DNA from: Candidatus Omnitrophota bacterium
GTDB lineage: Bacteria > Omnitrophota > Gorgyraeia > B26-G9 > JBDRCZ01
Assembly (NCBI GenBank): GCA_043821285.1
Contig: JBDRCZ010000051.1
Coordinates: 2,199-66,198, forward strand
Direction of reading: 5' to 3'
DNA: 64,000 nucleotides
Part shown: positions 40,131-50,500 of the stretch, piece by piece
Layout: every line of letters starts with the position of its first letter
Position numbering within the stretch: position 1 is the first letter of the stretch
Position numbers and translations under genes: made by a program
The notes under the pieces: model-generated
The model's database searches: none
The model's input: the letters and a program-made list of their open reading frames with translations, nothing else
Told to the model about the DNA's origin: nothing

Positions 40131-40165
40131 ACAAATCTCTCCCTCCGCTTGCGGAGGGGGAGATT
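40131..40165 (+). terminator. Rho-independent terminator, member of a conserved repeat family
   Basis: aaatctctccctccgcttgcggagggggagattt. Paralogs at 27672, 32714, 42095 (opposite orientation) and 45585 share the cgcttgcg-type loop region. Confidence 0.65.
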
Positions 40166-40320
40166 TATACACGGAAAATGCAGCACATTTTCCGGAGGTT
40201 ATGCCTTTTTCACAAAGGGGAAAGAATAAGATTGCACCATAACTGTTTTGTTCTTAAGCCGTTCTGTGTCCGCGGTGGTTAAGTATTTGACAAAATGCTG
40301 GATTAATACAGGGGGATGAT

Positions 40321-40710
40321 ATGAGAAAGACAGCATTTACCTTAATTGAGGTAATGATTACAATCATAATCGTCGCGATTTTAGCGACACTTGCTGTGCC
40401 AACATATATGAAGATGGCAGAGCGGGCAAAAAGACGTGAGGCAATTGCTACTTTAAACACAATATTTGCCGCGGAGAGGGTCTATTGTACAGAGAGAAGG
40501 ACGTATATTGATGCTGCTGCTGCCGCTGAGTGGGCGGCATTAAATATGGATGATCCTAATGCCAACCCGCAAAGTAATTTTGGCTATACAATTAGTGGTG
40601 CAACAACAACTACTTTTAACGCTACGGCGACGAGAAACTCCGGTACTTATTCGGGTAATACAGTAACTATTGACCAAACAGGTAACCTCGGAGGGACATT
40701 TAACCCCTAA
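40321..40710 (+). CDS. pilA: Type IV pilin (prepilin with class III signal)
   Basis: MRKTAFTLIEVMITIIIVAILATLAVP, i.e. the G-F-T-L-I-E prepilin cleavage/methylation motif. Confidence 0.85.
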   Translation: MRKTAFTLIEVMITIIIVAILATLAVPTYMKMAERAKRREAIATLNTIFAAERVYCTERRTYIDAAAAAEWAALNMDDPNANPQSNFGYTISGATTTTFNATATRNSGTYSGNTVTIDQTGNLGGTFNP

Positions 40711-40845
40711 TTAAACTTAATTATTCCCGGCAGCTAGAGGGTAAAAAGGTTTTGGTTCTTTCTTATCTGGGTTGTAAGAAGTGATGTAAAGTTTGAAAAC
40801 CGTAGGTTTTTAAATGGATAAAAAGATTCCAAAGGAATTTTTTTA

Positions 40846-41976
40846 TTAGGCAAGATAACTGATAATTATCTCGGCGGCGCGTTCTGAGGCATTATGCGGC
40901 AGAAAATTTTCTTTAAGCAGTCTTAGTTTTTCACGGATATCCGCTCTATTGTTCTCCCGATGTAAAAGCTTAAGTGCATGGTGAGAAATCGTTTTTGGAT
41001 TTGCCTGAAACTGGATAAGTTCAGAAACTACCTTTTCATTGGCAATAATATTTACCATACCAATAAATTTTACCTTAATCAAGAGTTTTAAAATCAGCCA
41101 GGTAAGGAGGGTTGTTTTATATACAATAATCATTGGTACTTCCATGAGTGCAAGTTCTACGGTTGCGGTTCCGGAGCAGGCTAAAACTAACTCACACCCC
41201 TTAACCGCGGCATAGTGTTCGGTTTCAATAATCGTAATATTTATTTTATATCTTTTAATTAATTGTCTGATTATGTCCAGTTCAATCGTTTCAGCCTTGA
41301 TCAGTACAAATTGGACTTCCGGGATTTTATTTTTAATCAGTGCGGCGCTATTAAGGAGGAGGGGAAGGATTTTTTTAATTTCATTTAGGCGTGAGCCGGG
41401 CATAAGGCCAATAGTATGTTTATTTTCGTAGAGACGGTAGCGCGCAAAAAGCGCCGGCTGGCTGCACTCTAAATGGATTAATTCGAGTAAGGGATGCCCG
41501 AGGTAGATTACCTCAATGCCGTGTGATTTATAAAATTTTTTTTCGAACTCAAAAATTACGAGCATCTGGGTAACATAACGTTTAATTAAACTCAGGCGAT
41601 TTTTACCCCAGGCCCAGAGCTGCGGGCTGATATAGTAAATTACTGGGATGCTTTTATTAATCTTTTTTGCCAACCGCAGGTTAAACCCGGGAAAATCAAT
41701 CAGGACTAGAGCCGCGGGGTGATGGGTTCTGATAAAGGAAAGGATTAGTTTAAAGGCTGATTTAAATTTTTGAATATTTTTTAATACTTCGAAAAATCCG
41801 ATCACGGCAAATTGGGAAATATCGCAGATAATCTCAGCCCCGGCCTGTTGCATTAATTTACCACCCATAGCAAATATGCCAAGCGACGGCTGTTGCTGTT
41901 TCAGAGATTTTACCAGTTGTGCGCCGTAGAGGTCACCAGAGGCTTCTCCAGCAATGATCAGAATTTTTTTTGGCAT
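40846..41976 (-). CDS. lpxB: Lipid-A-disaccharide synthase
   Basis: MPKKILIIAGEASGDLYGAQL... LpxB N-terminus and GT-B fold. Confidence 0.85.
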   Translation of the reverse strand: MPKKILIIAGEASGDLYGAQLVKSLKQQQPSLGIFAMGGKLMQQAGAEIICDISQFAVIGFFEVLKNIQKFKSAFKLILSFIRTHHPAALVLIDFPGFNLRLAKKINKSIPVIYYISPQLWAWGKNRLSLIKRYVTQMLVIFEFEKKFYKSHGIEVIYLGHPLLELIHLECSQPALFARYRLYENKHTIGLMPGSRLNEIKKILPLLLNSAALIKNKIPEVQFVLIKAETIELDIIRQLIKRYKINITIIETEHYAAVKGCELVLACSGTATVELALMEVPMIIVYKTTLLTWLILKLLIKVKFIGMVNIIANEKVVSELIQFQANPKTISHHALKLLHRENNRADIREKLRLLKENFLPHNASERAAEIIISYLA

Positions 41977-42064
41977 AGGATTATATATTTTTTAGCCACG
42001 GATTTACACAGATATTGCACGAATTTTTAAAAAACAATTTTGCTTCCTTAAATAAGCTTATTCC

Positions 42065-43036
42065 TCATGTCGGATACGACTTAGGCCTATCCGTGTATAA
42101 ATTCCCCCTCTGCTTGCGGGAGGGGGAATTTATTTTTCTGGTGATTTTCAGGGCAATCTTTAATGCCTCTAAGGCTTCACGGCCCGAGACCATTGGCGGT
42201 TTTTTTGTTTTTATCGAATTAATAAAAGACAAAAGCTCGGCTTTTAGGGGATTTTCTTTTTTTATATTTAGTTTTTGTTTATAGATCATATGATTAATTT
42301 TTCGATAGATTACTGCCTGCTGGCTGACATAATCAAGTGAGATATATGCGTCTTGGGTAAATATTCTAATTTTGCGCATTGTTTCCTGGGTCAGGCGGCT
42401 GGCGGTGAGGTTACAGATAGTGTTGTTTTCAAAGACCACCCGGGCATTAGCAATGTCTTCCTGATTAGTCAGTACGTTTACGCCCACGGCTGCGATATTT
42501 TTAATCCTTGATTTTATCAACCCGAGGATAATATCAATATCATGGATCATTAAATCCAGCACCACGCCAATATCTTTTACCCGCGGGTCAAAAGGGCCGA
42601 GGCGGTGACATTCAATAAAGCGCGGGGCAGAGATCATTGATTGGACTGCCTGAAAGGCCGAATTGAACCGTTCGATATGTCCGACCTGCAGGATGCACCC
42701 ATTTCGCTGGGCAAGAGCAAGCAGTGCGGCGGCATGGGTTACGGTTTTTGTAATCGGTTTTTCTACCAGCACATGTATTTTTCGGCGCAGGAATTCTTTG
42801 GCAATTTTATAATGCCAGATTGTCGGTACGGCAATGCTTACTGCATCCACCTTCTCAAACATCTGAGTAAAATTAAGGAAGGGGGTGCAATTTGTTTCGC
42901 GGGCGGCCTTTTTTGCCTTTTGCGGCAAGATATCACATACCCCGGTAAGGTTAACCGCCGGGATATGTTTATAATTGTGGGCATGAAAATATCCCACCCG
43001 TCCAACACCAATAACACCGACTTTTATTTTTTTCAT
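42065..43036 (-). CDS. Gfo/Idh/MocA-family NAD(P)-dependent oxidoreductase
   Basis: Rossmann N-terminus KIKVGVIGVGRVGYFHAHNY. ATG at 43036 is preferred over the ORF-track start at 43144. Its 3' end reads through a terminator-family repeat at 42095-42131. Confidence 0.75.
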   Translation of the reverse strand: MKKIKVGVIGVGRVGYFHAHNYKHIPAVNLTGVCDILPQKAKKAARETNCTPFLNFTQMFEKVDAVSIAVPTIWHYKIAKEFLRRKIHVLVEKPITKTVTHAAALLALAQRNGCILQVGHIERFNSAFQAVQSMISAPRFIECHRLGPFDPRVKDIGVVLDLMIHDIDIILGLIKSRIKNIAAVGVNVLTNQEDIANARVVFENNTICNLTASRLTQETMRKIRIFTQDAYISLDYVSQQAVIYRKINHMIYKQKLNIKKENPLKAELLSFINSIKTKKPPMVSGREALEALKIALKITRKINSPSRKQRGNLYTDRPKSYPT

Positions 43037-43473
43037 CGTTATTTTCTTTTTGATTACTGTAACATAGACAAATATTTTTGTCAAGTCAAACCAGGAGTTA
43101 ATGCCGTCGGCCGGGGAAAAATAAAAATTAAAATTGTTGCACAAAACAGTAAAGGGTTAAAAACTTGACAGGCGTTATAACTTGGGGGCAGATAAAATAA
43201 AAACCTAAAAACTAAAAAAACATTTTCGCACGAAGTTGGTTAGCACACAAGGCATTTTATCCAAATTATCACATTTTGTATCAGATTTAGCAAGTATAAC
43301 ATATTGTAATTACTAATGGTTATAGAAAAGTTTTATAAAAGACTTGACAAAACGTTAAAAATGTGATAAACTTATCTTGGGTATAAAGAGATAAGCGTGG
43401 CGGAAATATATTTTAGAACAAATATCCACTATAATAACTCATAAAATATTCAATTTTAATCCTGAAATTTTAC

Positions 43474-43506
43474 TTGACAAAAAATAATGCTTTATTACAA
43501 TATAAT
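43474..43506 (+). promoter_or_regulatory. Strong sigma-70 promoter candidate upstream of the second pilin
   Basis: TTGACA, 16 nt, TACAAT overlapping TATAAT, about 280 bp upstream of ATG 43784. A 12-codon uORF (GTG, MRKRLIGKRGFT) with an AAGGAGG RBS lies at about 43557. Confidence 0.45.
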
Positions 43507-43780
43507 CAACCGGAATAATCATGATTTTTTAATCTAAAACAAGGAGGTGAGCAAGGTGAGAAAAAGACTTATCGGCAAAAGGGGGTTTACCTAAGGAGAA
43601 CGCTGAGGCGTATTTTTATTACACCAGAGTCTAAGTTTCATGCTATAGATAATACTGGGGCAATAATCAGAAGAGAAGAATATACCGGGAGCGATGTTAG
43701 GCAATGTCTTTTAAGATTATTGAGTTTTATGGTTTTGTTATAATCTATCAGGGAATTGTATAATTTAAAAGGGGGAGATT

Positions 43781-44158
43781 GTGATGAAGTTAGGTACAAA
43801 AAAAGGTTTTACGTTAGTAGAGTTAATGATTGTTGTAATCATCATTGGTATTTTGGTATCGGTGGCATTACCACAATACGCTAGATCAGTCAATCGCGCA
43901 AAGGCAACCGAAGCAACAAGAATACTAGGTCAAATAAAAGAAGCTGAGCAGGTTGTGCTTGATGCAACTGGAGCGTATACCGCTGCATGGGTTACGCTAG
44001 GAATGGATGACCCATCTAATGCAAAGTGGACATACACCATACCAGCGGCAGCTGCGGCTGCTTTTCAAGCTCAAGCTAGTGATGGAACTGATACAGTTAC
44101 GATAGATGAAACTGGGACGCTAGTGGGTACAGGTAAATATACCGGTCTTTTGCAATAA
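43781..44158 (+). CDS. Type IV pilin paralog
   Basis: GFTLVELMIVVIIIGILVSVALPQY prepilin motif. The C-terminal region is paralogous to pilA at 40321 (MDDP..N...YTI...T.TID.TG.L.GT). The likely true start is ATG 43784. Confidence 0.85.
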   Translation: MMKLGTKKGFTLVELMIVVIIIGILVSVALPQYARSVNRAKATEATRILGQIKEAEQVVLDATGAYTAAWVTLGMDDPSNAKWTYTIPAAAAAAFQAQASDGTDTVTIDETGTLVGTGKYTGLLQ

Positions 44159-44491
44159 GTAAACATGGCATGACTAAGATATTGAAGGAAGATAATACTT
44201 GGACATTGTAAGTGTAAAATGTTTGTCTAAAAAGACCCACGGAATTTCATTCCGTGGGTCTTTTTATTATAAAAGTTCTTTTATGGTATAGGAAAGTATA
44301 CCCTTACACCCTTACGGGCACAAGCAAAATATTTTCCTAACCTAGGGAAAATCGCTAAAAACAGCTAAAAACGATTTTCTTGTTGCAATTTTTAGGATTA
44401 TAGGGTATACTTTTATTAGTAATAATAATTCCTGCCGGGTAGAAAGAAAGATTAAATAAGTAAACAGAACAACCTAAAAAAGGAAGGTGAT

Positions 44492-45583
44492 ATGCGAGTA
44501 ATTGCTGTTGCTAATCAGAAAGGTGGATGTGGTAAAACAACAGTTGCCATAAACCTTGCCGCAGCTCTTGCCAAAAGAAAAAAACAGGTTCTCTTAATTG
44601 ATTTAGATCCGCAGGCACACGCGACATTAGGACTTAATGTGAAATCCGAGGGATTAGAAGACTCGATGTATAATGTATTGACCGTAGATGAGGCAAAAAA
44701 GAAACGTTTGGATGAGATTGTTGTTTCTTTTAATGAAAATCTTGATTTAGCCCCGGCGACAATTATGCTTAGTGCAATTGAACAGGAATTAAATGCCCGA
44801 GAGGAGCGGCATGCCCGGCTTTCCCAGGCAGTATCTTTGATGGTTAATGCTAAAAATTATGATTATATGATCATTGATTGTCCGCCAAACCTTGGGATGA
44901 TCACCTTTAATGCCTTACATTGCGCGGATGAGGTAATTGTGCCGATTGATATTGGGTTTTTCTCTTTACACGGTGTTGCCAGGCTTATGGAGACAATTAC
45001 CATGCTGCGCGAGACAACCCGGCATAAATTAGCGGTAAGGATTTTGATTAATATGTATGAGCGGCGGACGCGTTTTACCCAGGAAGTAGTTGAAGAGATC
45101 CGCACGCATTTTAAAGAAGCGGTGTTTAATACCCAGATTGTTGCTTCCGTGAGATTGAAGGAAGCAACAGGGTTTGGCCTGCCGGTAATCGAATATGCCA
45201 AAGGGACATCTGTGGCAGAGTCTTTTTTAAATCTTGCCCATGAAGTAATTACCGATGGCGTGGACCAGTCCAGACCGGATTTAGCGGCAAAAGATAAATT
45301 GGCCGGTCCGCGATTTATTGATCAAGGAGTAATGTTTACTTATTATGCGCCAAATGCGCGTTCGATAGAAATTGTCGGTGATTTTAATAACTGGATTGCG
45401 GATAAACAGAGTAAGTTAGAACTAATTTCCGACGGCCTTTGGGCAAGAACATTACCGTTGAACCGGGGCAAATACTTTTACAAATTTCTCGTCGACGGTA
45501 TTTGGAAAAATGATCCGGGAAATTTACATATTGAAAATGATTCATTCGGCGGAGTAAATTCTGTAGTCGAGATACATAAATAA
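44492..45583 (+). CDS. ParA/Soj-type ATPase fused to a C-terminal CBM48 / AMPK-beta-like glycogen-binding domain
   Basis: Deviant Walker A KGGCGKTT and the ParA fold through about residue 260. The C-terminal ~85 aa (IEIVGDFNNW...GKYFYKFLVDGIWKNDPGNL...GGVNSVVEI) aligns by eye to the AMPK beta glycogen-binding domain / CBM48. Confidence 0.8.
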   Translation: MRVIAVANQKGGCGKTTVAINLAAALAKRKKQVLLIDLDPQAHATLGLNVKSEGLEDSMYNVLTVDEAKKKRLDEIVVSFNENLDLAPATIMLSAIEQELNAREERHARLSQAVSLMVNAKNYDYMIIDCPPNLGMITFNALHCADEVIVPIDIGFFSLHGVARLMETITMLRETTRHKLAVRILINMYERRTRFTQEVVEEIRTHFKEAVFNTQIVASVRLKEATGFGLPVIEYAKGTSVAESFLNLAHEVITDGVDQSRPDLAAKDKLAGPRFIDQGVMFTYYAPNARSIEIVGDFNNWIADKQSKLELISDGLWARTLPLNRGKYFYKFLVDGIWKNDPGNLHIENDSFGGVNSVVEIHK

Positions 45584-45879
45584 AATTCTCCGCAGCAAAC
45601 TGCGGAGAATTTTATAATCGGAAAATGCTGTGCATTTTCCGGAAATTTGAATAACGCAGGAAAAGCACCATTGGATTTAGCAATTATGTGTTTTGAATAC
45701 TACAACGAAACATTGTATCAAAGAAAGGAAACGATAGATAAATAAATCAACCAAAGGGAAAGTTTGAACACGAAAGGTTTTCAAATGACAAGCTGAACGA
45801 GCGAATAACATCTAAGTATTAATAAATTACTCGTCCGGTACCCCAGATCTGGTTGATTATAGTTCGTTTAGCTTATACA

Positions 45880-46770
45880 ATGGATAAAAAATTAGGAAAA
45901 GGACTAGACCAGCTCTCTCAGGTATTTATTGACACGCAGTCATCTGTGCTTGATTTAAGGCAGGCCGCTCAAGAAAACAGACATAAGGTATCAACCACGC
46001 GGGTAATCTGTATTTTAGGTACCGAAGGGTATATTACCCGTAATGCTTTTCTTACCTGTAACCTTTCCGCAGCACTTTCACGTTTAGGTATGAAAATTGC
46101 TATTTTGGATACAAACAGTTCGCTATCCTGCAGAAATTTTTTTTTCGGAGAAGGCAATATCCCTGGCACCAACTCTGGAGACAAGGAAAAAATTATAAAG
46201 GAAGGTCCTTTAGGGATAAAATTAATACCTTTTACCCTGGATATGACTGGGGCAGGCACTGGTGAATATGCAGAGATATTAAAAGATTTGAAGAATAATC
46301 ATTATGATTTAACACTTATATCTGCTTCAATATCAGATATTAACATTCAGGCGCTGGCTAAGAATATCCAAACCTTTATTTTAATTGCTCCGGCGGCAAC
46401 TCCGGAGATGATTAAGACCTACCAAATAATCAAGGCGATTTATTACCATAATCCGCGTGGAGAAATTGGGCTGGTTGTTGACGGGGCAGAGGAGGAATTT
46501 AAGGCGGATTCTATTTTTGCCAAAATTGCCGAAGTGACCAGCAAATATTTAAATAAAGAGGTGTTAAAGTTTGGCAATCTTTGTTATAAAATGAAGGATT
46601 TGCATTGTGAAAAAAACAGACAAACGAGCCACATTTCGATTTATGACGCAAGACTGCAGGCTTCAATTTCAAATATTGCCCAGATAATTGTCTTGCGGAT
46701 GAATGTTAATAATGGTTCGGCTGAGATGATTTTTTCTTTTGAAGATCTGAGCAAAATTCTTGAAAAATAA
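45880..46770 (+). CDS. MinD/FlhG/ParA-like protein with a degenerate Walker A (likely ATPase-dead partner)
   Basis: The overall MinD-like succession of motifs is kept (...AILDTNSS..., ...GIKLIPFT..., ...TFILIAPAATPEMIKTYQIIKAI...). The P-loop is ILGTEGYITRN, with no GK[ST]. Confidence 0.5.
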   Translation: MDKKLGKGLDQLSQVFIDTQSSVLDLRQAAQENRHKVSTTRVICILGTEGYITRNAFLTCNLSAALSRLGMKIAILDTNSSLSCRNFFFGEGNIPGTNSGDKEKIIKEGPLGIKLIPFTLDMTGAGTGEYAEILKDLKNNHYDLTLISASISDINIQALAKNIQTFILIAPAATPEMIKTYQIIKAIYYHNPRGEIGLVVDGAEEEFKADSIFAKIAEVTSKYLNKEVLKFGNLCYKMKDLHCEKNRQTSHISIYDARLQASISNIAQIIVLRMNVNNGSAEMIFSFEDLSKILEK

Positions 46771-46782
46771 GGGAGTGGTTAT

Positions 46783-47364
46783 ATGTCGTTAATATTTAAT
46801 GAGAAAAAAATAAAACAGTCGGAATTGAAAAATATTTTAACCGCTAATATCAGAAATCTCCAGAATAATCTCCGAATTGTTGATTTGGAATGTGACATGG
46901 TGGAAAAAGATACGGTGTTATTTGCGGCGGATGCCCGGGGTCTGGTGGTGATTGCATATTCTACCGCACCAAACAGTATAAAACTTATCCACGGTTTTGC
47001 GGCTGTTGGCTGGCTTAAGAAAAATTTTAAACTCGTCAAAGGTTATTTAAAAGGGCAGGATATTGCCTGCGGTGATCATACCAGATTATGGTATATTTCG
47101 TCCCGGCATAGCGATGAACTAAAGCAGGCAATAGGGTTTATGAATATCCCGGTTACCCTGATAAGTTACAAATATATATATTCTGAAGGGGTAAGCGGCA
47201 TACTCTTTGAACGTTTTGAACTTAATCAGCTTAATGATGTTAAGCCGGAAACAATCGAGGAAGAGCCATCGCTGATAATATCTGCACAAGATCAGGATAG
47301 AGTTAATTTAACATCAGAAGAAGAAGCAGAATTTATAAATTTTGGCAAACTGATAAATCCCTAA
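46783..47364 (+). CDS. Hypothetical protein, third gene of the ParA-like module
   Basis: No recognisable motif. Tightly spaced after the MinD-like gene. Confidence 0.4.
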   Translation: MSLIFNEKKIKQSELKNILTANIRNLQNNLRIVDLECDMVEKDTVLFAADARGLVVIAYSTAPNSIKLIHGFAAVGWLKKNFKLVKGYLKGQDIACGDHTRLWYISSRHSDELKQAIGFMNIPVTLISYKYIYSEGVSGILFERFELNQLNDVKPETIEEEPSLIISAQDQDRVNLTSEEEAEFINFGKLINP

Positions 47365-47400
47365 CCAAAATTCTAAATCCAAAATCCGAATATCGAAATT

Positions 47401-47437
47401 TTAAACTTGATTATTCCCTGCAGCTTGCTGCGGGGAA
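47401..47437 (+). terminator. Repeat-family terminator-like element (TTAAACTTGATTATTCCC plus hairpin)
   Basis: ttaaacttgattattccctgcagcttgctgcgggg. Confidence 0.55.
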
Positions 47438-47522
47438 GATTCAGTAAAATAAAAATTTTCGTCAGCTTAAATTGTTTCGTGCTTTGTGATGAGGAGTTAG
47501 AGTTTATGCTGCTGGGGATTTA

Positions 47523-50500
47523 TCAGTCACCGCTTATCTCTATAATATACGCTGCCCGTGGATGGTTTTTGTTACGCTGGAGGATTTTTTTTGCGTATGC
47601 TCTGGCTTTTGCCTTGTTCCCGCAATTTAACTGAGTAACAGCAATATCGGCAAGAAATTTCTCATAGTTAATTCCTTGAGCCTTTGCCGCATTTTTGGTC
47701 GTAATTAATTTCTCCGCCTGATTAAAGAAATTTAAGGCATTTTTATCGTCATTTATGCTCAAATAAATTTTTCCTAAAAAATAATAAAACCTTGCCTTTT
47801 TATCCAAAGATAAATCAACGCACGTTTTTATATTTTCTACGGTTTCCGTGAACACTTCCGGTAAAAGAAAAGACTGCAGGGTATGATACCTATTCATCGC
47901 TAAAGCGGCATATTGCTCTATGTGTTCAATTTTTTTGTCAGTAAAAATTAATTTTTTTAATATCCGGATAGATGTCTCCAATCCTTCAATGTTATATGAA
48001 CAAAAAGCCAGCGCAGCTTGTTCGTCTTCGGGGTATTTTGTATGCCATTTTTTAACCAAAGAGATAAGGAAATGATTATTATATGCGGGATTTTCATGGA
48101 GATAGGTATAGAGATTTTTCAGATTGTTATAATTGATTTGCGCGGATCCAAGGTAATTTTTAATTAAAAGCACGCTGTTTTCTAAAGGCAATTTTCGCTC
48201 ATCGAACATTTTAATGAATTTCTCGGATACGGATATTTTTGTATACAGGCCCAAAGGCGCTTGATAATCCAAGGATGGGAAGTAATCGCTATTTACCGCG
48301 GCAGCATTTTTGGGAATTAATTTAGCGATACTTTTACTGGAGGACAATTGCAGGCTGAGCAAGGTAAATATGTCATTTACCTTTATTCTAAATAAGTCAT
48401 GGGTTATATTTTCCTCGGCAAGTCTTTTTTCCATTTCAATAAAATCAGGGGTAAATTCTTCCCGTGAGCCGATGATAAAGATATCATAAATCCCGGTCGT
48501 CCACAAAGAGACGTGCGGGAAGACGGAGAAAAATGTTTGCAGGATCAGAGCAAATGTTTCATTATTCATCTCATAAGTCTGGACCCACTGGAGCATTATT
48601 CCGCGTTTATTGAGATGATTGTAACATTCCTGATAAAACTCTTGTGAAAACAACGCCCCGATTCCGCTAATCCACGGATTAGAAGGTTCGCTGATTATTA
48701 CATCGTATTTCTTATCAGTTCGTAATAAAAAGGTTTTTGCATCTTCCAGATGGAGATTGAGACGCGCGTCTCTCAAGGCATTATAATTATAAGAGGAAAA
48801 ACATTTGTTTGCTTCAACGACGGTGCGGGAGATTTCAATAAGGTCAAGGTTTTTAATCGGATGAAGTAGCGCCGAACCACAAGTAACCCCGCTGCCTAAC
48901 CCTACGACCAGGACGTCTTTTGCCGCGGGTTTTAATAATAAAGGAAGGTGTGCGCTAAGTATTTGTGTGGGCATATCAGCACCGGTAGATGCATCCGGTT
49001 TTCCATTTATAAATAATATACGTTCCTCACGGGAGGCGCTTACAACATGCATAACCGCGACGCTGGCATTTAACCCATCCTGATAAAAGAGGATATTGTT
49101 TTCTTTTATTTCCTGGGAAAAATCGTTAAAGGTTTCCTTAATATTACGGGGGTACCTAAAGGCTTGGGTGCTAAAATAGGCCATATTCCAGTCAGGCACA
49201 AGTATTTTATAACTGGTGAAAATACAAACTACTAAGAAGGAACAGATTAGTTTTTGCTTTAATTTAAAACTATTGTCTAAAAATAGCACAATCATACCCA
49301 GCAGCAGATTTATTATTATTCCAAGCTCTAACGTATATTTTAAGCCAATAAGCGGAATGATAAATAACCCGGTGGCAAAGGCGCCGGCAATATTGCCGCT
49401 GGTATTAGCCGCAAAGACACTGCCAATATTTTTTCCGAGGGTCTGCAGTTTAGACGATGCAATTTTACTCACCAAGGGCAGGGTCATGCCCATAAACATG
49501 GTCGGGATAAACATTACGGTAAATGAGAGTAAAAATTTAAGTCCGGCATACAACGGAAAGGTTTGTGGCGTTCTTACGAAAATTGCCGCGAGTTTCGAAA
49601 ATATAAACGGGAGTTTTTCATAAAAAGGCAGCGTACAAATCAGGGAAATCCCGATTAAAATTTCGCAGATACCAAATACGAAGAAGGTAAATTTTTCTTT
49701 CGGCATAAGACGAGAGATTAAAAATGAACCGAGCGTAATGCCCGAGATAAATGCCGCAAGCATCAGTGAAAATGAATAAGTAGAAGAGCCGAGGATAAGC
49801 GAAAGTAATCTTATCCAGACAATTTCATAAAGCATTGCCGCAAACCCGGAGACAAATATTCCGGTTTTGGCAATATTTACTGTTTTGTCAGTGAAAACAT
49901 ATTGGTACACGGACGATAGTTCTTGCGGCGGAGTTTTTTCAAAAGGGCGTGGTTTTTTAGAGATATTTCGATAGAGCAGGTTTAAAATAATCGCGGCACC
50001 GCCAACAAAAAAATTAATAAACACGGCGATAAATATAGAAAACTCAAGGCCGAAAGAATAAATCAGATAAAACCCGGCCCAAATTGTTCCGGCTACCGCA
50101 CCGAAACTATTTAGATAATATAGCCGGGCGACTATTTTCCCGCGCACCGAGAGTGCTTTAATCATAAATCTGCTCAAAATCGGCAGTGTCCCCCCCATCA
50201 GAATTGTCGGCGGCAGCATGATCAAGGCGCTAATAATAAATTTAGTAATAACAATTAACACCGGAAATTGAGATAAATTTTTAGCAGCCGCTAAATAGAT
50301 ATTTCGTGAAAAGACAAAAAGATTTGGCGTGAAGACACAAAATAAGGCAATGCCGATTTCTACCCAGGCAAAAAAGGAAAGCCGGTTTTTAACCCGGTCG
50401 GCAAACTTACCTAATAAAAAGCTGCCCAAGGTAAGCCCGGTCATAAACGTAGCCAGTACTAAAGTATGGGCATAGGCAGTATTGCCGAGTATTAATGTGA

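Noticed and set aside
42015-42284. Plus-strand ORF across the lpxB-oxidoreductase intergenic region
   Set aside because: It spans a terminator-family repeat and the 3' end of the oxidoreductase on the other strand. No coding features.
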